NCBI GenBank assembly: GCA_963829525.1
Contig: CAWHIJ010000003.1
Coordinates: 2,656,001-2,720,000 of the forward strand
Length of the DNA: 64,000 nucleotides
Reading direction: 5' to 3'
DNA from: an uncultured Actinomycetota bacterium
GTDB lineage: Bacteria; Actinomycetota; Actinomycetes; JAHEKZ01
Shown: positions 25,243 through 35,556 of the stretch, piece by piece
Position numbering within the stretch: position 1 is the first letter of the stretch
Layout of the letters: each line of letters opens with the position of its first letter
The notes under the pieces: model-generated
What the model saw: only the letters and a program-made list of their open reading frames with translations
Databases searched by the model: none
Told to the model about the DNA's origin: nothing
Position numbers and translations under genes: made by a program

Positions 25243-26190
25243 GTGACAGCTGAGCTCGCCGACCTGCACAATCCACCGACCGACCCTTCAGCGGTCGATG
25301 CACCCGACCGCCAAAACGCCGTTCACCTGTTCTGGCTCTACTACTTCATCATCGTGCCGCTCTTGGCCGTGGTGCTGGCCATCCCCCTGGCGTGGGGCGG
25401 ATTCGTTGGGCCGGTCGACATCGCTCTTCTGGTTGTCTTCTACTCGATCAGCGCCGCTGGCATCACCGTTGGTTTCCACCGCTACTTCACCCATGGCGCC
25501 TTCAAGGCCAAACCATGGGTACGCGTCATGATGGCCCTTGCCGGCAGCCTGGCCATCGAAGGTCCGCTCGACCGCTGGGTCGCCGACCATCGCAAACACC
25601 ACGCATTCAGCGACAAAGAGGGCGACCCGCACTCACCCTGGCGGTTCGGCGAGTCACTCCCCGCATTGCTCAAGGGTCTCTTCTTCGCACACATGGGTTG
25701 GTTCTTCGACGTCGAACAGACCTCGCGACGCAAGTACGCACCCGACCTGATGGATGACCCGGCGATGCGTCGGGTGTCGAACAACTTCGGGTGGATCGTG
25801 CTCGCCTCAGTCTTTCTGCCGGCAATGCTGGGCGCACTCCTCACCTGGTCATGGTGGGGTTTTCTCACTGGGCTCTTCTGGGGCGGATTTGTGCGCATCG
25901 CGTTGGTGCACCACATCACGTGGTCGATCAACTCGATCTGTCACGTCATGGGTAACCAACCGTTCAAGTCGCGCGATCACTCGGGCAACGTCTGGTGGCT
26001 GGCCATCCCGTCCTTCGGTGAGAGCTGGCACAACCTGCACCATGCCGACCCGACCTGCGCCAGGCACGGCGTCGAGAAGGGCCAGATCGACATCAGCGCC
26101 CGCCTCATCGCGTGGATGGAACGGGCCGGCTGGGTGTGGGATGTGCGGTGGCCCAAGGCCGAACGGCTCGATGCCCGCCGGACCTCATGA
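25243..26190 (+). CDS. Acyl-CoA (delta-9-type) fatty acid desaturase
   Basis: His boxes HRYFTH, HRKHH and HNLHH; TM helices. Confidence 0.93.
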   Translation: MTAELADLHNPPTDPSAVDAPDRQNAVHLFWLYYFIIVPLLAVVLAIPLAWGGFVGPVDIALLVVFYSISAAGITVGFHRYFTHGAFKAKPWVRVMMALAGSLAIEGPLDRWVADHRKHHAFSDKEGDPHSPWRFGESLPALLKGLFFAHMGWFFDVEQTSRRKYAPDLMDDPAMRRVSNNFGWIVLASVFLPAMLGALLTWSWWGFLTGLFWGGFVRIALVHHITWSINSICHVMGNQPFKSRDHSGNVWWLAIPSFGESWHNLHHADPTCARHGVEKGQIDISARLIAWMERAGWVWDVRWPKAERLDARRTS

Positions 26191-26819
26191 GCGATCAACC
26201 CCAGGAGCGGCGACGCTCCCGGATGACCAGTGCTGCTCGTCGTGAGCAGCTGCTCCAAGTCGGTCGCTCCTCGTTCGCCGAGCGAGGGTTCGAGGCGACA
26301 TCTGTCGAGGAGATCGCCGCCAAGGCCGGCGTCTCCAAGCCCGTCGTCTACGAGCATTTTGGCGGCAAGGAAGGCCTCTACGCCGTCATCGTCGACCGGG
26401 AGATGCAAAAACTCCTCGAGATGGTTGACAGCGCGCTGACTGAGGACCATCCGCGGCGATTGCTGGAGCAAGCCGCTCTGGCCCTGCTCACCTACATCGA
26501 GCAGGACACAGACGGCTTCCGCATCCTCGTGCGTGACTCACCGGTTGCACAGTCGACGGGGACCTTCGCCAGCCTGATCGTCGATATCGCCGGACAGGTT
26601 GAACACTTGGTCGCCGGCGAGTTCAAGACACGTGGCCTGGACGCGAAGTTCGCCCCGATGTACTCCCAGATGCTGGTGGGAATGGTTGCCCTGACCGGCC
26701 AGTGGTGGGTCGACGTGCGCAAGCCGAAGAAGGCGGACGTCGCCGCACATCTCGTCAACCTCGCCTGGAACGGGTTGAGGGGGCTTGAGGCCAAACCGAA
26801 GCTCTCCGCCGATGGCTGA
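26187..26819 (+). CDS. TetR/AcrR family regulator (Rv1019-like by synteny)
   Basis: HTH SVEEIAAKAGVSKPVVYEHFGGKEGLY; ATGA overlap with the desaturase. Confidence 0.92.
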   Translation: MSDQPQERRRSRMTSAARREQLLQVGRSSFAERGFEATSVEEIAAKAGVSKPVVYEHFGGKEGLYAVIVDREMQKLLEMVDSALTEDHPRRLLEQAALALLTYIEQDTDGFRILVRDSPVAQSTGTFASLIVDIAGQVEHLVAGEFKTRGLDAKFAPMYSQMLVGMVALTGQWWVDVRKPKKADVAAHLVNLAWNGLRGLEAKPKLSADG

Positions 26820-26885
26820 CGGTTCTCTCCGCATGCCGGATGTCGCTCCTCCCTGCGCCACCGGCCACGCACTAGCGTGCTTGCC

Positions 26886-27452
26886 ATGAGCGATCAGACA
26901 CCGCCGGATCCGTACGCCGTTCCGCCAGCCGGAGGCTACCCACCACCGCCCGTGGCCGGTCCTGTCCCTCCTGTTGCTCCACCGGCGGTTCCCGGCCCGG
27001 CGACACCCCCAGGCGGCTACCCGCCGCCTCCTCCGGCGGGATACCCAGCACCTACCTATCCCGCTGCCGGCTATCCGGGGGGCCAGGCCCCAAAACCGGG
27101 AGCCGGCGCCCTCTCCATCGTTGCGCTGGTCATCGCCATCGTTGCGCTCATCTTCTGCTGGTTCCCCTTCATCGGCGGTGGCGCGGCGCTCATTGGGCTC
27201 ATCCTCGGAATCGTCGCCTGGGTGTCGGCCAAGGGGGCCGGACGCCCCGCTGGTCTGGCGATCGCGGCGACAATGATCAGCATCCTCGCGCTCATCATCG
27301 GAGTCGTCATCAGCATCGCCGTCATCGCATTGATCGACGAGGCTCAGAAGGCTGACAAGTACTGCAACTCGGTCAGTGCCAACCAGGCCGAGTACGACCA
27401 GTGCATGGAAGACCGCGTAACCAGCTGGCTAAGAATCAACACCACGCGATGA
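26886..27452 (+). CDS. Pro-rich membrane protein (DUF4190-like)
   Basis: Pro/Gly/Tyr-rich N-terminus, 2-3 TMs, C-terminal Cys pair. Confidence 0.7.
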   Translation: MSDQTPPDPYAVPPAGGYPPPPVAGPVPPVAPPAVPGPATPPGGYPPPPPAGYPAPTYPAAGYPGGQAPKPGAGALSIVALVIAIVALIFCWFPFIGGGAALIGLILGIVAWVSAKGAGRPAGLAIAATMISILALIIGVVISIAVIALIDEAQKADKYCNSVSANQAEYDQCMEDRVTSWLRINTTR

Positions 27453-27976
27453 CCCAAGGGGAGACCGCAGCTTCGGGCCGCGATGAGGTCGACGACCTCG
27501 TTGCGGCATGGCGCCGCGAACGCCCCGACCTCGACGTCGCACCCCTTGAGGTGCTCAGCCGCGTCACCCGTCTCGCACGACACCTCGACCGTGCTCGTGG
27601 TCAGGCGTTCAGCCGCCATGGGCTGGAGGGCTGGGAGTTCGACGTCCTCGCCGCGCTCCGTCGATCTGGTGAGCCTTACCGGCTGCCGCCCGGACGGCTC
27701 CTCCAGCAGACTCTGGTCACCTCGGGGACAATGACCAACCGGATAGACCGGCTCGCTGCCCGCGGACTTGTCGAGCGACACCCCTCCCTGGACGACCGGC
27801 GAAGCGTCATGGTCCAGCTCACTGAGGCCGGCGCAAACAAGGTGGACGCAGCCTTGATCGATCTCCTCGCCCATGAGCGCACCATTTTGTCCGAGCTCGA
27901 GCCTTCGGACGCCCACCTGCTCGCCAACCTGCTGCGCCGCGTCCTGACCCCGTTCGACCACCCCGGTACCACCTGA
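27449..27976 (+). CDS. MarR family regulator (TamR-like)
   Basis: DEVDDLVAAWRRERPDLD and TSGTMTNRIDRL motifs. Confidence 0.9.
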   Translation: MTQGETAASGRDEVDDLVAAWRRERPDLDVAPLEVLSRVTRLARHLDRARGQAFSRHGLEGWEFDVLAALRRSGEPYRLPPGRLLQQTLVTSGTMTNRIDRLAARGLVERHPSLDDRRSVMVQLTEAGANKVDAALIDLLAHERTILSELEPSDAHLLANLLRRVLTPFDHPGTT

Positions 27977-27985
27977 CGGGTCCGA

Positions 27986-28693
27986 TCAGTCGGCCGCCAC
28001 GTAGCGGCCGTTGCGGAGCACCGGAACGACATCGTCGGCGTTGACCTCTTCGGCGAGGCGCACATCGTCGACAAACCCTCGCGCGACGAGATCCCGGCCC
28101 GAGGGAACCTCAGCAAAGGATGCCCGGGAACGGAACGCGGCAGCTGCAGCCAGCACCTCAGGGGTCATGCCGGACTCGCCTGCGAGGTCGGCCATACCCG
28201 CTGCGATAGCACCAGCACCCACGAGATCCTCGTAGCAGACTCGCATTGCTCCGTCCGGCCACTCTTCGCCGGCCGGGACGAGTCCAATGGTGGTGAACCT
28301 CCCCGTCAACCACCGTGCCACGGCTGACGCATTGCGTAGCGACCCAGCAACGACGGTCAGGCCGGACATGAGTGCAGCATGGGAAATCACCGACCCATTG
28401 TCGGACGGCATGATCAGTCGTTCGCCGTCTTCGACGGCGAGCAGACTCGCCGGCGACATCGTGCGTCCCTCACGCATGTTTCGACCGCGCACCAGCGTGG
28501 CACCGATCGCACGAGCCAACCCTTCGGCACGCTCATGGCCGCTGTGTGGCCAGACCGCTGCACCTCGCGCTACGGCAACAGCCACCGAGGTCGAGAACGA
28601 GAAGACATCGACAAGCACCACACATTCGCAGTTCTCAGACAGCATCCGCAGACCCTGAGGGCCCCATTCCAAGGAGACCGTCGTCGTGCTCAC
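27986..28693 (-). CDS. 2-phosphosulfolactate phosphatase (ComB) family protein
   Basis: VLVDVFSFST, SPASL, SLRNASAVA and AGEEW motifs; GTGA overlap with ispE. Confidence 0.8.
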   Translation of the reverse strand: MSTTTVSLEWGPQGLRMLSENCECVVLVDVFSFSTSVAVAVARGAAVWPHSGHERAEGLARAIGATLVRGRNMREGRTMSPASLLAVEDGERLIMPSDNGSVISHAALMSGLTVVAGSLRNASAVARWLTGRFTTIGLVPAGEEWPDGAMRVCYEDLVGAGAIAAGMADLAGESGMTPEVLAAAAAFRSRASFAEVPSGRDLVARGFVDDVRLAEEVNADDVVPVLRNGRYVAAD

Positions 28694-29592
28694 TTGTCCA
28701 CGACCCGCGCCCCACCAACGGGGCCGACGGCCGACGTCACGGTACGACACGTCCCAGATGCTGTAAGGGCGACAGCAAGATCGAGGCCGTGCTCCTCATC
28801 GCGCGCGAGAAAGGCACAAGTGGGACCGGACCCAGAAACGAGGGCGCCGAGGGCCCCGTACTCATCCCCCACGTCCAGGGTCATTGCCAGGCCGGGTCGC
28901 AGCGACACTGCAGCACGCTGCAAGTCGTTGGAGAGCGCCGCTCCCAGGGCCACGGCGTCTCCTGCTCGCAGAGCGCTCATCAAAGCGTCGGAGACCCGGG
29001 GTTCAGACAGAACCGACGCGGTCCTGAGCCGGTCCAGCTCGGTGTAGACCTCAGGCGTCGACAACCCGGTCTCGGCGAAGGCAAGAACCCAGTGGAAGTG
29101 TCCGCGAGCCAGAACCGGTGTCAGCTTCTCGCCACACCCCAAGCCCAGGGCGGTGTGCCCAACGAGCGCGAACGGCACATCGCTGCCAACACTGGCAGCC
29201 AGCTCAACAAGCTCGTCCCGATCGAGTCGGGCATCCCAGAGCCGGTCCAGGGCCAGCAGCGCACCGGCCGCGTCTGCGCTACCACCAGCCAATCCGGCAG
29301 CCACCGGGATCGATTTGTGGACGTGCAGGTGAGCGTGCGGCTCAATCCCCAGTCGGTCGGCGAGCGCGCGCGCAGCAACCACTGCCAGGTTTGAGTCGTC
29401 AGTCGGCACGGCTTCGGCGCCCTCACCTTCGACGCTCACGGTCAGGTGGTCACCCGGCAGTGCCGTGACGTCGTCAAAGAGCGAGACTGCGTGGTAGACG
29501 GTAGCCAGATCGTGGAACCCATCAGCGCGCTCGGATCCGACAACGAGCTGCAGGTTCACCTTCGCGGGCACCCGCACCGTTACCGGACTCAC
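28690..29592 (-). CDS. ispE: 4-diphosphocytidyl-2-C-methyl-D-erythritol kinase
   Basis: PAKVNL, IPVAAGLAGGSAD, GSDVPF and SGSGPT motifs. Confidence 0.96.
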   Translation of the reverse strand: MSPVTVRVPAKVNLQLVVGSERADGFHDLATVYHAVSLFDDVTALPGDHLTVSVEGEGAEAVPTDDSNLAVVAARALADRLGIEPHAHLHVHKSIPVAAGLAGGSADAAGALLALDRLWDARLDRDELVELAASVGSDVPFALVGHTALGLGCGEKLTPVLARGHFHWVLAFAETGLSTPEVYTELDRLRTASVLSEPRVSDALMSALRAGDAVALGAALSNDLQRAAVSLRPGLAMTLDVGDEYGALGALVSGSGPTCAFLARDEEHGLDLAVALTASGTCRTVTSAVGPVGGARVVDK

Positions 29593-29657
29593 TCGTCACA
29601 TCCTCTCTTCCGCAAGGCCGTGGCACCGAACGAACCTGGCCAGTCTGTCAGCAACGG

Positions 29658-30527
29658 TCACCCACCCGCATCGCGACGATGCTCCGCGATGGCTGCAAAG
29701 GCCGCGACGTCGAGAACTTCGCCACGCAGTGAGGGGTCGACACCTGCTGCACGCAGCGTTGCATCGGCAGCTTCAACACCTCCGGCCCAACGCGCTAGTG
29801 CCGAACGCAGACTCTTGCGCCGCTGAGCGAATGCAGCATCGATACAGGCAAAGACGTCCTCCCGCGACGCGGTGGTCTCCGGAGCCGGATGCCTCAGAAA
29901 GCCGACCAGCCCAGAGTCGACATTGGGGACTGGCCAGAAGACCGAGCGCGGGACGCGCCCCTGCTGGGTCACGTCGGCATACCAGGCGGCCTTGACGCTG
30001 GGGACCCCATACGTCCGACTACCCGGTGGTGCGGCCAGCCGCTCAGCAACCTCCCACTGCACCATGACCAGACCATGGTCGAGGGAGGGGAACTGCGCCA
30101 ACAGGTGGAGGATGACCGGCACCGACACGTTGTACGGGAGGTTGGCGACAAAGGCGTCCGGCGCCGCTGGTAGCTCCGTCAGCTGCATCGCGTCGACAGT
30201 TACGACGGTCAGACGGTTCGCAGCTCCTGGCATGTGGGTGCCGACGGTCACGGGCAGAGCGGCCGCCAGGGATGGGTCGATCTCGACAGCTAGCACTCGA
30301 GCACCGGTCTGGAGAAGCCCGAGGGTGAGTGATCCCAGGCCAGGGCCGACTTCCAACACCACCGCGGTGTCGCCGACACCGGCAAGACGGACGATTCGCC
30401 GCACGGTGTTGGCGTCCACCACGAAGTTCTGGCCCCAACGTTTTGCCGGACGCACGTCGAGCGCTTCGGCAAGTTGCCGGACTGCCCCAGCGCCGAGGAG
30501 CTGCGTGTCGGCACGTCGCTTCGTCAC
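29658..30527 (-). CDS. rsmA: 16S rRNA m6,2A1518/1519 dimethyltransferase
   Basis: [20 protein letters not shown] and FAQRRK motifs; start reassigned to GTG 30527. Confidence 0.95.
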   Translation of the reverse strand: MTKRRADTQLLGAGAVRQLAEALDVRPAKRWGQNFVVDANTVRRIVRLAGVGDTAVVLEVGPGLGSLTLGLLQTGARVLAVEIDPSLAAALPVTVGTHMPGAANRLTVVTVDAMQLTELPAAPDAFVANLPYNVSVPVILHLLAQFPSLDHGLVMVQWEVAERLAAPPGSRTYGVPSVKAAWYADVTQQGRVPRSVFWPVPNVDSGLVGFLRHPAPETTASREDVFACIDAAFAQRRKSLRSALARWAGGVEAADATLRAAGVDPSLRGEVLDVAAFAAIAEHRRDAGG

Positions 30528-30543
30528 GCCATCCAGTGTGCCC

Positions 30544-31662
30544 TCAACTGAAGAGCAGTGGACCACAGACCGGCCACTGACCGGCACCTGATCGCTCGTA
30601 GAGAACCTGGGCACGGTAGGTCTGCTCATCTGGCGTGGCATCGATCGGGTTCCCCGATCCGCCAACGGTTGCCCACGTCGAGAGTGAGAACTGGTAGAGC
30701 CCGTAGTAGCCGGCAGAGTTGACCGCCCGCGGATTGCCCCCGGACTCGCAGGCGGCCAACGCACCCCAGTTCAGCCCCTCCGCCCCAGTCGCTGGCGCGG
30801 CGAAGGGCCGAACCTTGGTGCCGTATAGCACTATCTCGCGGACCGGCTGACGGATCACTCTGCGGTCCAGCTGACGCTGTCGGACGGTTACTCCGTCATG
30901 CCGGACGACACGAAGAAGCACGACCCCTCGTCCATCGCGCCCCCGTTGAATGATCTTCTGCACGCCTTCGTAGCGCGAAGGATCGGCTCGGCGCACGACG
31001 GCATGGTCGATGGTGAAGGCTCGCCGTGTCGTTCGGGCGTCAACCCGCGTGACGACGATCTGCATCCCGGTTTGGACCTCTCGTCCGAGACCGACATTCA
31101 CCAGGTCGTCAGGGCCGAGTCTGACACCGGCTTCGCGGAGGAGACCAGCCACTGACCGCGCAGTCGTCACCACTGTTGTGCGCCGTTGGTCGTGCAGAAC
31201 GGTCACCTGGTCGGGGAGCTGGACTCCGATCCTCCCGCCGGTGAGGGGCAGACGCTCACTTCGCGACGCCGAGAACTCCGCGTCAGCCATCCGTACCCCG
31301 AACTGGTCCAGAGCGCCGTCCACAGTGAGCTCGGTCGTCCAGATCTGGGTTGGCTGGCCGTCAATGACGACCTGCAGCTGCCGCGCATGTCGCACCGTGA
31401 CTGTCGAGACCGTGTCAAGTGAGGCCGCCGGATCCGGCTCGACGAGGTCGCGGTCGGTGACCACGACGCCCTGATCGTCCAGGAGCTCGGCGACCGTGTC
31501 GGCATGCGTTTCCACGACCGACGATTGGCCGTCGACGCTCAGCTCCACGCGGCTGTCGCTGTGGGCGAATCCGGAGACGCCGAGCAGGAGGGCCACCGCT
31601 AGGGCACCCTCGAGAACGACCTTCAGCCGACGAGACACCCGATCGACGCTAGCGGTGACCAC
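30544..31662 (-). CDS. rpfB: Resuscitation-promoting factor RpfB (DUF348 repeats, G5, transglycosylase)
   Basis: LAACESGGN catalytic Glu, YGLYQF and QWPVCG motifs; lies between tatD and rsmA. Confidence 0.9.
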   Translation of the reverse strand: MVTASVDRVSRRLKVVLEGALAVALLLGVSGFAHSDSRVELSVDGQSSVVETHADTVAELLDDQGVVVTDRDLVEPDPAASLDTVSTVTVRHARQLQVVIDGQPTQIWTTELTVDGALDQFGVRMADAEFSASRSERLPLTGGRIGVQLPDQVTVLHDQRRTTVVTTARSVAGLLREAGVRLGPDDLVNVGLGREVQTGMQIVVTRVDARTTRRAFTIDHAVVRRADPSRYEGVQKIIQRGRDGRGVVLLRVVRHDGVTVRQRQLDRRVIRQPVREIVLYGTKVRPFAAPATGAEGLNWGALAACESGGNPRAVNSAGYYGLYQFSLSTWATVGGSGNPIDATPDEQTYRAQVLYERSGAGQWPVCGPLLFS

Positions 31663-31782
31663 CCCTAAAGAGCCAACCGTCGTCCCCAGGCCCTTGCTCC
31701 GACCGGGTCAATCTCCCGCCAAAAGGGTGAATGTCAGGTTGAGGCTCAGCCAAAAGGAGGCTCGACAAGCGCGTTGGTCCTG

Positions 31783-32658
31783 TCACCACGTCCCGAAGAC
31801 ACGATCGGTGTTGGCGGCGATGGCGCCGCCCAGCTCGTCGACGCCGACTCCCCTCACCTGCGCCATGGCCCGCAGCGTCACTGGGATCAGGTAAGACGCG
31901 TTGGGGCGTCCGCGGTAGGGCAAGGGCGCCAGGAACGGTGCATCGGTCTCGACGAGCAACAGGTCGACCGGTGCAAGGGCCAGAGCCTGGCGAAGGTGGT
32001 CGTTTGCCTTGAACGTCACCGGCCCGGCGAACGACATGAACCAGCCGTGCTTGGCACACTGGGCGACCAGCTCCGTCCCGCCTGAGAAGCAGTGAAAGAC
32101 CACACGGTCCGGAGCGCCTTCATCAAGGAGAACCCGAACGACGTCGTCGTGGGCGTCTCGGTCGTGGATGACCAGGGTCTTGCCGAGCTCCTTGGCGAGC
32201 CGGATGTGGAGTCGAAACGACTCCTCCTGCGCGTACAGACCCTCAGGACCTGTACGGAAGTGGTCGAGGCCGGTTTCGCCGACAGCCACCACTCGCTCAT
32301 CACCAGCCAGCGCAGCGATCTCAGCGAATGCTTGGTCGAAGGTGCCGGACGCCGCCAGCCGGGGTGCCTCGTTCGGATGGAGAGCAACAGCGGCGACCAC
32401 CTGCCCGTACTTCTTCGCCGCCTCGACGCCGAAGCGCGAGCTCGCGACGTCGTACCCGACCTGGACGACCCGGGTCACACCAACGGCTGCTGCCTGCCGT
32501 AGCGACTCATCGACCGAGAGCCCGGGGCCGTGCTTGTTTGTGTCGTACGAGATGTCGAGGTGGCAGTGGCTGTCGGGAACCTGAATGGAGAGCGGCGTAG
32601 GAAGCTCTGGCCAGCTGCCGACTCCTGGCTTCGGCGGCGGCGGGGTCAGATCGGACAC
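31783..32658 (-). CDS. tatD: TatD family hydrolase
   Basis: DSHCHLD, GETGLD, IHDRDAH, FHCFSG and ETDAPFL motifs. Confidence 0.94.
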   Translation of the reverse strand: MSDLTPPPPKPGVGSWPELPTPLSIQVPDSHCHLDISYDTNKHGPGLSVDESLRQAAAVGVTRVVQVGYDVASSRFGVEAAKKYGQVVAAVALHPNEAPRLAASGTFDQAFAEIAALAGDERVVAVGETGLDHFRTGPEGLYAQEESFRLHIRLAKELGKTLVIHDRDAHDDVVRVLLDEGAPDRVVFHCFSGGTELVAQCAKHGWFMSFAGPVTFKANDHLRQALALAPVDLLLVETDAPFLAPLPYRGRPNASYLIPVTLRAMAQVRGVGVDELGGAIAANTDRVFGTW

Positions 32659-32675
32659 AGCGCCATCGTGGCAGA

Positions 32676-33461
32676 TCACGAAAGGGTGCGCACGAGCCGT
32701 TCGGCGTCATCAAACAGTGACCTCTGTGCGAGCCTTGCGGAGATCACGGCCGCCATGAACGCCGCGCCCAGCAGCATGTACATGACGACGATCTGATAGC
32801 GAATCGCATCCCAGGGATCGACGCCGGCGAGGATGAGCCCGGTCATCGCGCCGGGGAGGGAGATGAGACCAACCACCTTGGTGGTGTCGACGGAGGGCAC
32901 GAGCGCTGTCCGCATCGCAGTGCGATACGGCTCCAGAAAAGCCTCGCGGGGCGACAGGCCGAGCGCCAGCCTCGCTTCGATTCGAGCCCGCTGGTCGTCG
33001 ACCACGTCGGCCGTGCGCTGCAGACCGAGCCCAGCGGTCACCATGGCGGTGCTGACCACCATCCCTCCCACAGGGATGACGACGCGCGGCACCGCGTCGA
33101 TGGTGCCCAGCACAAGCAAGAGCCCCATCGTCAGTGTCACAGCCACACCGATGCCCCACCACGCATGCGATCGCGCCTGCGGGATTCCCCGCGCTCGCCC
33201 TCCAGCGACGAAGCCTGCGATGACCACCATGATGGCGAGCCAACCGAACGCTGCTGGTAGTCCACCCTTGTCGAAGACGAAGAGAAGCAGGGCACCGACC
33301 AGGGCCAGCTGCACGAGCGCCCGAAGCGCGGCAAGAGCGACCTCTCGCTCGAGGCCCAGGCGCTCACGCCACGAGATAACGATGGCGACGAACACAAGCG
33401 TCCCGGAGGCTGCGACGCCCAACCAGGTCGGGATGTTTGCTGTCGTGGACTCCACCGTCAC
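32676..33461 (-). CDS. ABC transporter permease, FetB/UPF0014 family
   Basis: RALVQL, GLISLPGAMTG and AIRYQIVV motifs. Confidence 0.88.
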   Translation of the reverse strand: MTVESTTANIPTWLGVAASGTLVFVAIVISWRERLGLEREVALAALRALVQLALVGALLLFVFDKGGLPAAFGWLAIMVVIAGFVAGGRARGIPQARSHAWWGIGVAVTLTMGLLLVLGTIDAVPRVVIPVGGMVVSTAMVTAGLGLQRTADVVDDQRARIEARLALGLSPREAFLEPYRTAMRTALVPSVDTTKVVGLISLPGAMTGLILAGVDPWDAIRYQIVVMYMLLGAAFMAAVISARLAQRSLFDDAERLVRTLS

Positions 33462-34150
33462 CGTCCTTCGAGATAGGTGATCCGAGTGGGATCGCCCCTG
33501 TCGACCAAGCGCCCGTTGTCGAGAACCAGCGCGTCATGAGTGAGCGCCGCTGCCCGCTCGAGGTCGTGGCTGACGAGAACGACGGACAGTCCGAGACCGA
33601 CGAGGCCGGTGATCACCGCGTCAACCGACTCAGCCGCCCTGCGGTCAAGCGCACTGGTTGGCTCGTCGAGCAGCAGTACCTCGGGTCCAACCGCGAGCGC
33701 GCGAGCCAGTGCGAGCCGCTGTTGCTCGCCCCCAGAGAGGTCGGCCGGACGCCGTTCTCGCTCAATGTGGACCAGCGCCACTCGGGCCAGCAGGCTGTCG
33801 ACCTCGGCATCGGTGAGATCCGGCTTGCCAACTCTGACCTCGTCATCGATACGGCTTGTGAGCATGGCCGGGTGCTGCGCCACCATTCCTACGCGACGCC
33901 GCAGTACTCGGACGTCGAGCTCAGGCAGCGGAACCCCGCGATAGCTGATGCCTCCTGATGTGGGTTCGGCCAGCCGGTTGAGCATCCGAAGCAGCGTCGA
34001 CTTTCCAGAACCACTCGGGCCTACGATCGCGGTGACGTGCCCCTCATGGATGTGGTCACTGACGTGGTCGAGGATCGGACGGTTGCCAGCGACGAACGTG
34101 ACGTCGTTCAGCGCAAAGAGCTCCGGCGCTGGGCCTTCGGTATGTGGCAT
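33458..34150 (-). CDS. ABC transporter ATP-binding protein (FetA-like)
   Basis: GPSGSGKS, LSGGEQQR and LLLDEPT motifs. Confidence 0.9.
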   Translation of the reverse strand: MPHTEGPAPELFALNDVTFVAGNRPILDHVSDHIHEGHVTAIVGPSGSGKSTLLRMLNRLAEPTSGGISYRGVPLPELDVRVLRRRVGMVAQHPAMLTSRIDDEVRVGKPDLTDAEVDSLLARVALVHIERERRPADLSGGEQQRLALARALAVGPEVLLLDEPTSALDRRAAESVDAVITGLVGLGLSVVLVSHDLERAAALTHDALVLDNGRLVDRGDPTRITYLEGR

Positions 34151-35547
34151 CAGGTTGCAAGAGGCTCAAAGGACGCAGTGAAGTGACGCAGCATCTGTGG
34201 CTGCTCGACGATTCGATAGCCGGGCAGCTCGGACGCCCGTCGCGCCACCTCCTCGCAGACCTCGATCACATAGTCCATATGGCTTTGCGTATAGGTGCGT
34301 CGCGGGATTGCGAGCCGGACGAGATCCATCGAGGCGGGCCGCTCCGATCCGTCTGGCTGACGGCCGAACATCACAGTGCCGATCTCACAACCGCGGACAC
34401 CACCCACTTCGTAAAGAGCGATGGCAAGTGACTGTCCTGGGTACTGCATCGGATCGAGATGCGTGAGCAACGCACGCGCGTCGAGATACACAGCATGGCC
34501 GCCGATCGGCATCACCACCGGAATACCCGCCCGGTCGAGGGCTTCGCCCAAGTAGGCAGTCGACGTGATCCGGTAGCGGAGGTAGTCGTGGTCGATCGCC
34601 TCGGTGAGGCCTTGGGCCAGGGCTTCGAGGTCGCGACCGGCAAGCCCTCCATAGGTCGGGAAGCCTTCGGTCAGGATGAGCAGGTTGCGGCACTGTTCAG
34701 CGAGGTGGTCATCGTCCATCGCGAGCCATCCCCCGATGTTGCCCATGGGGTCCTTCTTGGCGCTCATGGTCATCCCATCAGCAACGGCCGCGATTTCGCG
34801 GACGATGTCACGGACGTCCCGATCGCCCATTCCTGCTTCACGCTCGCGGATGAACCAGGCGTTCTCGGCGAACCGGCAGGCGTCGAGAAACAGTGGGATG
34901 TCGTACCGGTCACAGACCTCACGAACGGCGAGCAGGTTCGCCAACGACACAGGCTGACCGCCACCGGAGTTGTTCGTGATTGTCATCATCACGACGGGCA
35001 CGTCAGCTGAGCGCTCGGCAAGGAGGGCTTCGAGCGCCGCCACGTCCATGTTGCCCTTGAACGGATGGCGAGACTCAGGGTCGGTGCCTTCTGCGATCAC
35101 GAGGTCGACGGGGGTGGCACCGCTCGCTTCAACGTTGGCTCTGGTCGTGTCGAAGTGCGTGTTGTTCGGGACCACCTTGCCAGGGCCACCGAGAACTTCG
35201 AAGAGGATCCGCTCGGCAGCTCGACCCTGATGGGTCGGGATCACGTGCTCAAACGGAAAGAGATCTCGCACCGCGTCGCGGAAGACGAACCACGACGGCG
35301 ACCCGGCGTAGGACTCATCGCCATGCTGGATCGCGGCCCATTGGTCGCGTGACATGGCTCCGGTGCCCGAGTCGGTGAGCAGGTCGATCAGGACGTCCTG
35401 CGCCCTCAGGTTGAAGAGGTTGTAGCCCGCCTCGACTATTGCGGCATGCCGTTGATCCTCGCTGGTGAGGTGCAGCGGCTCCACTGAGTGGATGCGAAAG
35501 GGCTCGATGATCGTGCGCGGCCGCCAACGGCTGTGCTCCTGCGTCAT
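34150..35547 (-). CDS. tnaA: Tryptophanase (PLP beta-eliminating lyase)
   Basis: IDLLTDSGT, SAKKD (PLP Lys) and EGFPTYGGL motifs; Trpase-type HFDTT, EIG and LRHFT rather than the TPL-type T/R/F residues. Confidence 0.85.
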   Translation of the reverse strand: MTQEHSRWRPRTIIEPFRIHSVEPLHLTSEDQRHAAIVEAGYNLFNLRAQDVLIDLLTDSGTGAMSRDQWAAIQHGDESYAGSPSWFVFRDAVRDLFPFEHVIPTHQGRAAERILFEVLGGPGKVVPNNTHFDTTRANVEASGATPVDLVIAEGTDPESRHPFKGNMDVAALEALLAERSADVPVVMMTITNNSGGGQPVSLANLLAVREVCDRYDIPLFLDACRFAENAWFIREREAGMGDRDVRDIVREIAAVADGMTMSAKKDPMGNIGGWLAMDDDHLAEQCRNLLILTEGFPTYGGLAGRDLEALAQGLTEAIDHDYLRYRITSTAYLGEALDRAGIPVVMPIGGHAVYLDARALLTHLDPMQYPGQSLAIALYEVGGVRGCEIGTVMFGRQPDGSERPASMDLVRLAIPRRTYTQSHMDYVIEVCEEVARRASELPGYRIVEQPQMLRHFTASFEPLAT

Positions 35548-35556
35548 AGCGGCAGG

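Noticed and set aside
29596-29601. ATG-TGA minigene just upstream of ispE
   Set aside because: The SD (GAGAGGA) is correctly spaced for the ispE GTG rather than this ATG; probably chance.
31663-31782. Possible c-di-AMP (ydaO) riboswitch upstream of an rpf gene
   Set aside because: The spacer is only about 120 nt and lacks the conserved ydaO words; that riboswitch is associated with rpfA rather than rpfB.
34150-35547. Tyrosine phenol-lyase assignment
   Set aside because: Diagnostic positions are tryptophanase-type (FDTT, EIG, LRHF), not TPL-type (FTTT, ERG, LRFF).
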